A stretch of DNA of 64,000 nucleotides from an uncultured Nitrospinota bacterium. GTDB taxonomy: Bacteria; Tectomicrobia; Entotheonellia; J063; CAVPRW01. Location: positions 32,001 to 96,000 of the forward strand of contig CAVPRW010000029.1 in NCBI GenBank assembly GCA_963707985.1, read 5' to 3'. How positions within the stretch are numbered: position 1 is the stretch's first letter; each line of letters begins with the position of its first letter. The position numbers and the translations under genes are program-made. The notes beneath the pieces are model-generated. The model saw nothing but the letters and a program-made list of their open reading frames with translations, made no database searches and was not told where the DNA came from. Below are positions 54,795 through 64,000 of the stretch, in pieces.

Positions 54795-54990
54795 ATTGGT
54801 GTGCAGGTAATCTCTCGCCACGCCTGAAATCGTTGCCTCATTTTCTGGCGGTAGACCAGAGAAGGAAGCAGGTGACGTTGGGGACGGAAGTGGGAGGTGA
54901 TCGGCCTGTAGGTGGAGCGGAAAAACTCCGTGGCAGCCTTCTGGCTGCGCCGACGATACACGAGAATATCGAGGAGATGCCCTATCCTGA
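54795..54990. mobile_element. Possible degenerate IS remnant
   Basis: Short non-genic stretch whose translation resembles spurious ORFs often associated with IS6-type elements; weak, memory-based resemblance only. Confidence 0.2.
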
Positions 54991-55154
54991 GTAGCTCAGG
55001 CAACAGCGGAAGTAGAGCCAAACGCAGTGACTGATGATCTCTATAGGGAGACGATGACGCTCATTTGGGTTGGGTGTAGGGGGTAGATTTATGCGGCAAG
55101 TATGCTATGGGGAGCCAGAACTAAACGAGTCGGGAGGTCAATTTGACTAGGCCC

Positions 55155-57950
55155 TCAGCGTTGCCGTCGCAGGTGAGTCGGAATAGCGGCGAAGTGCTCG
55201 CCGGCGCGCTTTTTGTGGGTGACGATGGAGAGCGACGCTGGCCGATAAATATTGATGTTGTGCGTATTGGGGGAGGTGATGATGTATTGGGCCCGGGTAG
55301 CTTCGAGGAATTGAGCTACCCGGTCGATGTTCAGCACGTCCAGGTGAGCGAACGGCTCGTCGATGAACACAAAGCCGCCTTCCGATCGTTCATCCATCAT
55401 CAGAGCAATGAGCAGGATCAGCGATTTGATCACCTGTTGGCCACCAGAGGCCTGCCCATCATCCAGGCCGATGTATCCCTTGCCATCGAAATTCCAGCGT
55501 ACCTCGAGACCGGCCCGCGCCAGTACCTCATCGTCATCACTCAATTCTGGGCGGATCATCTCGACCGCCACACCTGCCAGCTTGCCGAGATGGATGAGGT
55601 TTTCCTCATAAAAGGCAATCGTCTGACGCAGCACACCGATGTATGCCCGGCGCGCCTCGTCGGCGACCCGTGTGGTTTCTTCCCACTCATGCCGTTTGCG
55701 CTGCAGACTATCGGCTTGTTGCTGATGATCGGCCGCGAGCTTGTCGCGGCGATAGACCAGCGTCGGGTCAGTCTCCCACTCGCCTTCTGCTAGCTCCTTC
55801 TGAACGCGTTCGAGGTCGCGTTCGACGCCCTGACGACTGCCAAACATGCGGTTGAACTCGGCGATGGCTTCAATGGTGCGCCACTGGCTCGGCAGGTGCT
55901 CACGCAGCAGACGACGCTCACGATTCTTGACCCAAAATTCGGCCCGTTCGCGACGCAGTTCCTCCAGGTCTTGCTGCAGCTGCGTGCGCACCAGCTGTTG
56001 CGTCTGTTTAGCCTCTGAATCCTGGCGGATGACGGTGGTATGCGTCCGCCGTAACCGCTCAAAGGTGCGCTGCTCAACCGCGTGGTGTTCGGTTAGTTCC
56101 TCTAGGGTGGCGCAGACCCGTGCATAGTCGGCTTGCACCTGCGTATGATCCGGCGCTCGCGTTTCATAATCTAGGCGCACGCGCTGAGCTGCCAGACGCC
56201 GCTCGAGGCCTTGGCGCTCGGACTCGATGAGGCGAATCTGCTCCTGCAGCGTGCGGGCTTCCGTTTGCAACCGGAGAGCCTCGTCCTGGGCCCGGCGGGC
56301 CTGCTGTTGGCGGCCCGCCATCCCCAGCATGAAATCACCGTTGGCCACCGCGATCGAACGGCCACCGCGCCGTTCTCGCATGAACCCATCGCGGGTGACA
56401 AACGTCGTCCCAGACGGCAATCTCTGGCCGTCGGCCACTTGGTCGACGAGCTGCACGCCCGCCAGATTGCGACGAATCCAGTCCGGCACTTCGGGGTCCA
56501 TGTCCACCACACCGAGGGCTGAGCCAGGCGGTGCCGGGATACGGGTTTGTCCCCGATCCGCGACGATGAAATAGCGGTAACGATGCGTCTCCCCGAGCTC
56601 CCAGGCACGCCAGCGGTCTTCAGGGCGCTGCAGCAGCACCACATAGCGGTGTGCACGCAGTAAAGACTCGATGGCGAGTTGCCAGGAGGTGTCGCGAATC
56701 TCGACCGCCTCGTAGAACAGGCGATGCGGAATCTCCGCTTCGAGCAGAACGCGGTGGAAGGCATCGACAAAGGGATCGAGCCGAATCCGTTCGTGACCGC
56801 CAGTGCGGTTGACCTCCTCCACCTCTTTCAACGCCCGGCGGATTTCCTCCAAGCGCCAACGTAGCTCGCCGCGACGGTCGGCCAGTTCGTCCAGCGCTTT
56901 CTGCAGCGGTGCCACCGCGTCGGGGGCCACCTGACTGGCCTGCTGCTCCATTTGTTTGAAGAGCTCCAGCTCGTGCTCAAGCACCGCGCGCTGACGATGG
57001 TGTTCGACGAGCTGCGCCTGGATCGCTGTGAGACGGGTGTGGCAGGCTTCTTCTTCGCTATGAGCTGCCGCCACCGCGGCGCGCGCTTCCTCCCATTGTT
57101 GGCTCAGCGAGTCAGTATTCTTTCGACGCTCCTGGACCTGCGTGCGCAAACTCCGAATCCGCGCATAGAGCTTGCGCAGCATTTCGACCTGCGCCACATA
57201 CTGCGCCTGCGGGAGGCGGATGGTCTCCAGCGCCTTCTGGGCCGCGAGCAGATTTTGGTAGCGTTGAAACAGGGCCACACGATTGCTCAGCGCCGTCACC
57301 TGGCTTTCCAGGCGATCAACCTGTAAGGCCAACTCTTGCAGCTCCTGAGCCGCCTCCAGTTGATTGACCCGGGCCCGCTGATACTCATCGAGCGTCTCCT
57401 TATCCCCGAACACATCGTACACCAAGTCGAGCAGCTCGCGTGGCGACAGCTCACAGAGCTTGTCCGTGGCTCCCTGTTCGAGCGAGAGCACGCGCAGGAC
57501 CGCCTGACTTAAGCCCCCTGCCGTCAGGCGATGGCGGTACTCCTGGACCCCCATAAAGCGTTCTTCCTGGGCACTGAGCTCCTGGACGCCCACGTCACCA
57601 GGCTCGATGCGGTACTGCCGCTGCCATTCGCCGCTGCGCCGCATGACGCGACAGGCCAGGGTCACCTGATCAGTGGTCAACGGGAAAAACGGGCGGCGGC
57701 CGCGATGATCACGCTGATTCGTCACCACGGCTCGGAGCCAGGCATAAGGACGGTTCGAATGCTGGACGTAGGTCGGGTAGGACCGTTTGCGCGAGGTGTT
57801 AAGGGCGAGGACCGTGCGCATGGCGTCGAGTAGGGTGGTTTTGCCCGAACCGTTGGGACCGACGATGGTGATAATCGACTCATCGAGGGGCAGCATCACC
57901 CGCTCCCAGTAATCCCAGTGCACCAGTTCCAGGGCCATGAAACGGAACAT
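55155..57950 (-). CDS. SMC-family ATPase, MksB/JetC-like
   Basis: N-terminal GPNGSGKTT Walker A, EQG Q-loop, long coiled coils around a central hinge, ASGGQQ signature, FIDEPFAHLD Walker B/D-loop; 931 aa. Confidence 0.85.
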   Translation of the reverse strand: MFRFMALELVHWDYWERVMLPLDESIITIVGPNGSGKTTLLDAMRTVLALNTSRKRSYPTYVQHSNRPYAWLRAVVTNQRDHRGRRPFFPLTTDQVTLACRVMRRSGEWQRQYRIEPGDVGVQELSAQEERFMGVQEYRHRLTAGGLSQAVLRVLSLEQGATDKLCELSPRELLDLVYDVFGDKETLDEYQRARVNQLEAAQELQELALQVDRLESQVTALSNRVALFQRYQNLLAAQKALETIRLPQAQYVAQVEMLRKLYARIRSLRTQVQERRKNTDSLSQQWEEARAAVAAAHSEEEACHTRLTAIQAQLVEHHRQRAVLEHELELFKQMEQQASQVAPDAVAPLQKALDELADRRGELRWRLEEIRRALKEVEEVNRTGGHERIRLDPFVDAFHRVLLEAEIPHRLFYEAVEIRDTSWQLAIESLLRAHRYVVLLQRPEDRWRAWELGETHRYRYFIVADRGQTRIPAPPGSALGVVDMDPEVPDWIRRNLAGVQLVDQVADGQRLPSGTTFVTRDGFMRERRGGRSIAVANGDFMLGMAGRQQQARRAQDEALRLQTEARTLQEQIRLIESERQGLERRLAAQRVRLDYETRAPDHTQVQADYARVCATLEELTEHHAVEQRTFERLRRTHTTVIRQDSEAKQTQQLVRTQLQQDLEELRRERAEFWVKNRERRLLREHLPSQWRTIEAIAEFNRMFGSRQGVERDLERVQKELAEGEWETDPTLVYRRDKLAADHQQQADSLQRKRHEWEETTRVADEARRAYIGVLRQTIAFYEENLIHLGKLAGVAVEMIRPELSDDDEVLARAGLEVRWNFDGKGYIGLDDGQASGGQQVIKSLILLIALMMDERSEGGFVFIDEPFAHLDVLNIDRVAQFLEATRAQYIITSPNTHNINIYRPASLSIVTHKKRAGEHFAAIPTHLRRQR

Positions 57951-58634
57951 TCAGCAGGTCTCCTCGCCGGGATCCTCGGATGCTTCTGCTGGTGAGATAG
58001 ACGAGGGTTGATCGAAGCGCGCCCCCAAGACGCGCGATAGCGCTCCCTCGATGATGCGTGGTGCCAGCGTGCTGTAATCGATCAACACATCCAGCAAGGG
58101 CCCTTCAGTGATCTTACCGCGTCGTTCATGGATGAAGCCGCGCCGTTTAAGCTCGCTGAGGTAGCCATGGAAGCGGATCTGACTGCCGAAGAGATGGCCA
58201 AAATCGGCTTCTAACGTCTTCCGCTCCACCATGACTTCCGGGTCAGCGGCGCGCACCGCCGGCTGTGGTGCGTTCTCGCCTACATCGCCCTCACTTTGTT
58301 GCTGTCGTTGGCGCTTAGGGAGAATCAGCAGGCTCCAGAGAATAGTCAGGAGTGCCATACCACCCCCTGATAGGCCGATATTGTTGGACCAATAACTGCC
58401 TTTGCCATCCTCAAACACCGGTGTTTCCAACTCACGCGCTACCCGCACGGCGATGTAAGAGGCGTACACATTTTCAGCCAATTCCAATCCAACCTGGCGC
58501 AAGGCACTTTCCACCCCCTCACGATAGGCCGCATCCACAAGCAAGCGGCGCACTAACCCATCGGTGCGGGGGAGGGTTTGATGTGCCAGCAGACGACAGA
58601 CCAGCACACGCACCGCATCGGTTTCAGGGGACAT
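57951..58634 (-). CDS. MksE/JetB-like KITE subunit
   Basis: About 227 aa between the kleisin-like and SMC genes; C-terminal winged-helix-like LSELKRRGFI..RRGKITEGPLLD. Confidence 0.7.
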   Translation of the reverse strand: MSPETDAVRVLVCRLLAHQTLPRTDGLVRRLLVDAAYREGVESALRQVGLELAENVYASYIAVRVARELETPVFEDGKGSYWSNNIGLSGGGMALLTILWSLLILPKRQRQQQSEGDVGENAPQPAVRAADPEVMVERKTLEADFGHLFGSQIRFHGYLSELKRRGFIHERRGKITEGPLLDVLIDYSTLAPRIIEGALSRVLGARFDQPSSISPAEASEDPGEETC

Positions 58635-60018
58635 GCTGTGGCTCCTGATTGAGGGTTCCTGAACTACTCTCGATTCCTGCCTCTCCCTGGGGGAGAGGGA
58701 CAGCAGCGGAAGCGTGAGGCCTTCCGTCCGACAGCTGATGCAGATGGCCGGCATTCATCCGCGCCACGCCGGCGCGATCGACGACCACCTCCTCGGCCTC
58801 GATGGCTAATGTATAGGGCAGTGACGCTAATCTGGCAACCAGGCCACCACTCTCGGCCGCTTCGGCATCGCCGAGCAGTGACAGCATACTGAGACGATAG
58901 GCAGATTCCTCAAATGACCCCCAGGGGACAACCTCGGGCAGTGGCACGGTCGGGCGCGTCTCGCTCTGCAACTGGGTGACCAACCGCCCCAATTCGGGAA
59001 ATGCCGCCGCCTGCGGCGGCGGCGAGGGGGGAGAGTCCTGGGCCTCCGGCAGCTCACACCACTCGGCGATGTGGCGTTTGCGCTGTATCAGCTCATACTC
59101 CGCCTGGTCGGTGATAAGATCGGTCAACAGGAAGAGTGGGCGCACAGGCCGCGCCAGGTGGGGAGCGATCAGCCGCCCCAGATCATCGATCGTACATTGC
59201 CGCAAAAAAAAGACCAGGTCCGAGGTTGAGAGCCCAGTGGCACCCAGATGCACTCGCTGGCGATCGATGTCGTTGAGGACGCGCTGGAAGACGGTGGTCA
59301 TGCGCAGCAGTCGACTCTGCGCTCGACCGATTTGCTGTGCTACCCGATGCAGCTCGCGGTCCAGGGCCGAATCCTGAACGATCTGCGCAATCATCGCGCT
59401 GCCGCGTTCGATCCAAGACCAGATGCTGGTCAGACGCTCGCGGGCTTGCAGGATACGTGGTTCTGAGAGGGCTTCTACAGCTTGCTGCAATTCGGTTTCC
59501 AGCCGGCGCAGACGATACAACAGATGCGACAGCACCTCAGGGGTCAGGGTGCCGAGCTCGTAGCTCGCGCGGACGACGCCAGTGATCCAGCCGAGATCAT
59601 CCTCTTCGGTCAATTGAAACAATGTCGCCACAGCACCATAGACGCGTAAGCCCGAGGGAGTGAGGACATAGGCGCTTTCAGCGGCATCATAGCGCAGCAG
59701 CGCACCCAGACGGAGGCGACGCAAGGCACTTTCGAGCGGGGCTGGAGTCAAGTATGCAAACGTCTGTCGTAGCTCTGCAAAGGTCCACTCAGGGGCTTGA
59801 CCTCGCCGTCCCATTTCACCCAAGACCAAGAGTCGAACGAGGCTATCACTCATCGATCCGCGAAATAGGGTCATGAAGGCTTCAAGAACCGGGAGCTTGG
59901 ATTGGAGGAGCCAAAGCGGAGGAATATCCTCAGGGTCGATGCCGGGGGCAAGAGCCGGGAACACCTCGTCCCGCTCCGGTGGGACAGCGATCTGATCGTC
60001 TCGGTGGCGCTCGTTCAT
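58624..60018 (-). CDS. MksF/JetA-like kleisin subunit
   Basis: 464 aa; N-terminal wHTH (ALRRLRLGALLRYD...YVLTPSG) followed by a helical bundle; first gene of an F-E-B arrangement with overlapping or abutting junctions. Confidence 0.7.
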   Translation of the reverse strand: MNERHRDDQIAVPPERDEVFPALAPGIDPEDIPPLWLLQSKLPVLEAFMTLFRGSMSDSLVRLLVLGEMGRRGQAPEWTFAELRQTFAYLTPAPLESALRRLRLGALLRYDAAESAYVLTPSGLRVYGAVATLFQLTEEDDLGWITGVVRASYELGTLTPEVLSHLLYRLRRLETELQQAVEALSEPRILQARERLTSIWSWIERGSAMIAQIVQDSALDRELHRVAQQIGRAQSRLLRMTTVFQRVLNDIDRQRVHLGATGLSTSDLVFFLRQCTIDDLGRLIAPHLARPVRPLFLLTDLITDQAEYELIQRKRHIAEWCELPEAQDSPPSPPPQAAAFPELGRLVTQLQSETRPTVPLPEVVPWGSFEESAYRLSMLSLLGDAEAAESGGLVARLASLPYTLAIEAEEVVVDRAGVARMNAGHLHQLSDGRPHASAAVPLPQGEAGIESSSGTLNQEPQHVP

Positions 60019-60072
60019 AGCGTTCAGTCTAACAGGCCCTCCAACGCGTGGGACGAAGATTCGGGGCGGCGC

Positions 60073-60432
60073 TTAAACCTCCCGGTGCGGCTCGGCGATG
60101 TCCTCTTCGATCATCTTCCATTCATTGATCACCGTTCGTTCGTGTAACGGGACCTGTGAGCGGTATGCGGCACGGGCGATCATATGCGCTCCCACCGGAC
60201 CACCGAGGAAGACGAATACAATGGTCAGCAGCTCTTTGATGCTTGGGCCAGATTCGGAGGCGCTGAAGTAGAGAAAGGACGCCAGGACGATGGCGCTGAC
60301 GCCGACCGTTGAGCTTTTACCAGTGGCATGCATGCGACAAAAGATATCCGGTAACCGCAACAGCCCCAGGGAACCTGCAAAGGTAAAGACGAGGCCGACC
60401 AGCAACAGCAGACTAACGATCACCTCGATCAA
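60073..60432 (-). CDS. mrpG: Mrp Na+/H+ antiporter subunit G
   Basis: GLLRLPDIFCRMHATGKSSTVG, PVGAHMIARAAY. Confidence 0.93.
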   Translation of the reverse strand: MIEVIVSLLLLVGLVFTFAGSLGLLRLPDIFCRMHATGKSSTVGVSAIVLASFLYFSASESGPSIKELLTIVFVFLGGPVGAHMIARAAYRSQVPLHERTVINEWKMIEEDIAEPHREV

Positions 60433-60694
60433 TGACCGTTCCTCCCGCCAGGTATTTCGCCAGGGCTACCGTCCCCAGAAACGCCAACAGAGCAATGACC
60501 AGGGCGGCATCGACATAGGCGCGACTAGCCGATTTCATGCCAAGCACAAGAATCAGGCCGACGGTATTGATCCCGATGGTATCCAGGCCAATCACCCGAT
60601 CCGCTTGCGATGGGCCAGCGATGACCCGATACGCCGCCATGATGATACAGAGTGCCAATACCAAGACCGCGGCAGCGGTGACCATGTCGATCAT
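60413..60694 (-). CDS. mrpF: Mrp antiporter subunit F
   Basis: YRVIAGPSQADRVIGLD, AFLGTVALAKYL. Confidence 0.93.
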   Translation of the reverse strand: MIDMVTAAAVLVLALCIIMAAYRVIAGPSQADRVIGLDTIGINTVGLILVLGMKSASRAYVDAALVIALLAFLGTVALAKYLAGGTVIDRGDR

Positions 60695-61167
60695 CGGCTG
60701 AGCTCCCGCAAGTACACCTCAAAGGCCTTGTGAATCTCCTGCTTGACGTCCTCAGGATCGTCCAGATTCAGGGTGTGGACATAAAGGTAGCGTCGATCCG
60801 GTGAGATGTCGAGCGTCAGTGTCCCTGGCGTCAGTGTAATCATGTTGGCCAGCATGGTCAGAGCCACGTCGTTGGTCAATTCAGTCGGCACGGCGATTAC
60901 GCCTGAGCGTACGCGCGCCCGCGGGCTGAAGACAATCCGCAAGACGGCGATATTCGACTTGAGCAATTCTTTGATAAACACCAATGTCATGGTCAGAGCT
61001 AACCCCACCTTCCGAAAATAGCGCGGCCTGAAGAACATCCGACGAAAAAGGTAAATGAGTGCCGCGCTGATGAAGAACCCGCTCACCAAATCGACGGTAT
61101 CGAGCTCACCCTGCAAGGCCGCCCACATCAGAGCCAACATCAGGTTAAGTAGAAACAAGCCCGCCAT
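60691..61167 (-). CDS. mrpE: Mrp antiporter subunit E
   Basis: LANMITLTPGTLTLD..LYVHTL. Confidence 0.95.
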   Translation of the reverse strand: MAGLFLLNLMLALMWAALQGELDTVDLVSGFFISAALIYLFRRMFFRPRYFRKVGLALTMTLVFIKELLKSNIAVLRIVFSPRARVRSGVIAVPTELTNDVALTMLANMITLTPGTLTLDISPDRRYLYVHTLNLDDPEDVKQEIHKAFEVYLRELSR

Positions 61168-62661
61168 TACTTGGTCCCCTGGCCGGCGGCAAAGACCGCC
61201 TCGATGTAGGTTGCTCTGGAGATGAGTTGGGTTGCCGCCTGCTGCGCGAGCTGAAAGACAGGTTCTCCCACGAGGCCCAGCCCCACGCTGAGCAAGACCA
61301 GGAAAGCGGTGGGCAGGAGGAGATCCATATGCCGCACGGGGCGTGCATGCTTTGGCTTCTCCTCACCCCAAAACACGTAGACATAGATCTTGCTCATCGA
61401 TACCAAGGTCAGCAGGCTGCCGAGCAATGCCACCCCCACATAGCCGTACTGTTTTGCCTGCACGCCGGCCGTCAGCAGCGCCAGCTTGGCGAAAAAGCCA
61501 CTGAAGGGGGGCATACCCGCCAGGGACAGGGCCGCCAGCACGAACAGGGTCGCGACCCACGGATAGGTATCGAGCAGCCCCCCCATGTCGCGCAATTGCT
61601 GAGTGCTAGTGACGCGTTCGGTGATACCACTCACGAGGAAAAGGGCCGTTTTGACGGTGATATGATGGATGATGTAAAAAATTGCTCCCGCCAATGCCAG
61701 AGGAGTGTAGAGGCCAAGACCCAGAATCATATAGCCGATCTGGCTGATGATGTGATACGACAGGATACGTTTGAAGTGATTCTGCACGATAGCGCCCAGC
61801 ACGCCGACGATCATGGTCAAGGCGGCCAACACCAAAATGAGGCTATGGGTAAAAGCTGTGTCCTGCACGAACATAAGGGTGAAGGTCCGGATGAGGGCAT
61901 AGACGCCCACTTTGGTGAGCAAGCCCCCAAAAATGGCGGACACAGCGCTCGGTGGCTCCGGGTAGGCATCTGGCAGCCAGAAGAACAGCGGGAAAATCGC
62001 CGCTTTCACCCCGAACACAAAGAGGAACAGCATCGACAAGGCTGTCATCAGTCCCGACTGCTCCGCGTGCTCAATCTTGAGGGCCAGGTCGGCCATATTC
62101 AACGTGCCGGTCACCGCGTACAAGATCCCCACCGAGGCGACAAACACTGTTGAGGCCAACAAATTGAGCACCAGATACTTGAAGGATTCCTGCAGCTGGC
62201 CTGGTTCACCTCCGAGGGACAACAGGACATAAGAGGCGATGAGCATGACCTCGAAAAATACGAAGAGGTTAAACAGGTCTCCGGTCAGAAACGAACCATT
62301 GATGCCCATCAGCAGCAGATGGAACAGAGGATAATAGCCTCACTTGCTCCCGCCTCCGATCGATGTCACCAAACGAATACAGCAGCACCGTCAGGCCCAT
62401 GGTCGCCGACAGCACCACCATAATGGTGCTGAGCAGGTCCGCCACCAAGGCGATCCCGAAGGGCGGTGGCCAATTCCCCATCATCGACACTAGAATGCCC
62501 TCGGTGCGGACGTGCCACAGCAACGCTACGGCTGCCACAAGGTTGGCCACACCCGATACCACGCTGGCGATGCGTTGCAGGCGAATGCGACCCCAGCACA
62601 GCACACACACCGTGCCGGTGCATAACGGGATGAGGATCGGCAGTGCCACGAGGAGCGTCAT
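61167..62661 (-). CDS. mrpD: Mrp antiporter subunit D (one +1 frameshift near 62340)
   Basis: GNWPPPFGI, GDLFNLFVFFEVML, KAAIFPLFFWLP, LLTKVGVY, GMPPFSGFFAK. Confidence 0.93.
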
Positions 62662-62996
62662 TCCGGCGGCCTCCGCAGACGATCCAGATCGTCGGTCCCC
62701 AGCGACTGATAGGTTCGGTACACAAGTGCGAGCATGAACGCGGTGACCGCAAAGCTAATGACGATCGCCGTCAAGATGAGCGCCTGCGGTAGGGGATCGA
62801 CGTATGGTCCCTGATCCCCTTCGACGAGGATGGGAACCGCCCCACGCTTGAGCTTGCCCGTGGTGAGCAATAACAGATTGGTGCCGTGCGAAATCAGTGA
62901 GAAGCCGATGACCACTTTCAGCAAGCTGCGGCGCAGTACCAGGTAGGTCCCGGTTGCGAAGAGCACACCGATTGCCAAGGTCAACCACAATTCCAT
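62658..62996 (-). CDS. mrpC: Mrp antiporter subunit C
   Basis: DPLPQALILTAIVISF. Confidence 0.95.
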   Translation of the reverse strand: MELWLTLAIGVLFATGTYLVLRRSLLKVVIGFSLISHGTNLLLLTTGKLKRGAVPILVEGDQGPYVDPLPQALILTAIVISFAVTAFMLALVYRTYQSLGTDDLDRLRRPPE

Positions 62997-62998
62997 AC

Positions 62999-63415
62999 TT
63001 ATTCCTCAGCCAGCGTCATGATCATCAGCAACGTCCCGCCTACCACGACACCATAGACGCCAAGATCGAAAAACATGGCCGAGGCGATTTCGATGTCGCC
63101 CAGCCATGGTGCGTGCAGGTGGCCGAACGTACTGGTGAGAAATGGATACCCGAACACCATCGGCACCAGACCGGTGCTCAGTGACGTGGCCAGACCGATC
63201 CCTGCCAGCAGCCGTGGTTCGACGCGAAACACCCGGCGGACGTAACGCAGGTCCGAGGCGATGGCCTGCAGGAGAATCCCTAGGGCGGTCATCACCCCGG
63301 CGATAAATCCCCCACCGGGGCTGTTGTGCCCCCGCAACAGCAGGTAGACGGAAAAGAGCAGCACGACAAAGAATACCAGCCGCGTGGCCGTGGTGAGAAT
63401 CAATGAGCTCATCAT
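62999..63415 (-). CDS. mrpB: Mrp antiporter subunit B
   Basis: [19 protein letters not shown]. Confidence 0.95.
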   Translation of the reverse strand: MMSSLILTTATRLVFFVVLLFSVYLLLRGHNSPGGGFIAGVMTALGILLQAIASDLRYVRRVFRVEPRLLAGIGLATSLSTGLVPMVFGYPFLTSTFGHLHAPWLGDIEIASAMFFDLGVYGVVVGGTLLMIMTLAEE

Positions 63416-64000
63416 TGCTGCTGGTCCCGTTTGAGTTTGATCAAGGTGTAGACCCCAATCGCGGCAATCGTCAAAACGGTGATCTCGCCCATGGTATCAT
63501 AGCCCCGGAAGTCCACCACGATGACGTTGACCATGTTTCGTCCGCCGCCAAGGCGCAGGCTCTGCTCAAGAAAGTAACTGGCGATCGAAGGGTAGAGCGT
63601 GGCGCTGTTGGCGATGAGTACCAGGCTCACGACCAGCCCTCCGACCATGATCGAAACCGCCACATCGCGGCTGCGCACCCACCATGACAGCTGTTCTCGG
63701 CGGAACGGGGGCAGATACCGTAGCACCAGCAGAAAAAGGATAAGACTCGCGGTTTCGATTAACAATTGGGTTAACGCTAAGTCCGGGGCTCGTAACACGA
63801 CAAACAGGAATGACACTTGTAGACCCACCAAGCCCAGCGTCAACACGGCGGTCAGGGGCTGCTTCGCCAAGGTGACCGCCAGCGCTCCGATCATCAGCAA
63901 GGCCAGGAAAGTCGCCTCATAGAGCTCTACAGGGGCGAGGTCGAGTGTCCCCGATCGCCCTCCGGCTTTCATGACAAACGGGTACATGAAGCTAAGGACG
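63412..64000 (-). CDS. mrpA: Mrp antiporter subunit A, C-terminal part (runs off the right edge)
   Basis: [33 protein letters not shown]. Confidence 0.93.
   Translation of the reverse strand, partial: VLSFMYPFVMKAGGRSGTLDLAPVELYEATFLALLMIGALAVTLAKQPLTAVLTLGLVGLQVSFLFVVLRAPDLALTQLLIETASLILFLLVLRYLPPFRREQLSWWVRSRDVAVSIMVGGLVVSLVLIANSATLYPSIASYFLEQSLRLGGGRNMVNVIVVDFRGYDTMGEITVLTIAAIGVYTLIKLKRDQQQ

Noticed and set aside
59204..59211. A8/T8 tract in the kleisin gene as a phase-variation switch
   Set aside because: It is short, in frame (Phe codons) and shows no evidence of length variation.

Overview
A GC-rich bacterial chromosomal window. The expanded cyclase-AAA-TPR genes, many peptide ABC transporters, Rieske/VOC genes and a small NRPS suggest a 'Ca. 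Tectomicrobia/Entotheonella'-like organism; this is inference, not verified. From left to right it contains: (1) an aromatic/redox catabolic patch (aldo-keto reductase, Rieske oxygenase, dehydrogenase, two VOC proteins, a hydrolase); (2) a plastic zone, about 5.7-24.4 kb, with two class III cyclase-AAA-TPR genes, a twice-repeated chimeric 'cyclase C-terminal tip + comM fragment' cassette, an ATPase-less dppABC set and a decayed CHAT-protease/lipase/membrane-protein module; (3) housekeeping genes, including an NADH oxidase/CoA-disulfide reductase with an in-frame UGA at the catalytic Cys followed by a SECIS-like hairpin, i.e. a probable selenoprotein that the ORF track truncates; (4) an rtcB - COG0523 GTPase - archease operon followed by a heptad-repeat/PD-(D/E)XK-like gene; (5) a complete opp/dpp ABC operon; (6) a two-gene NRPS whose loading module resembles oxalate-CoA ligase; (7) an mksFEB-type SMC operon without a jetD/mksG nuclease; (8) most of an mrp Na+/H+ antiporter operon. 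Many genes are split by +1 insertions that look like long-read sequencing errors. No rRNA, tRNA or CRISPR array was recognised.
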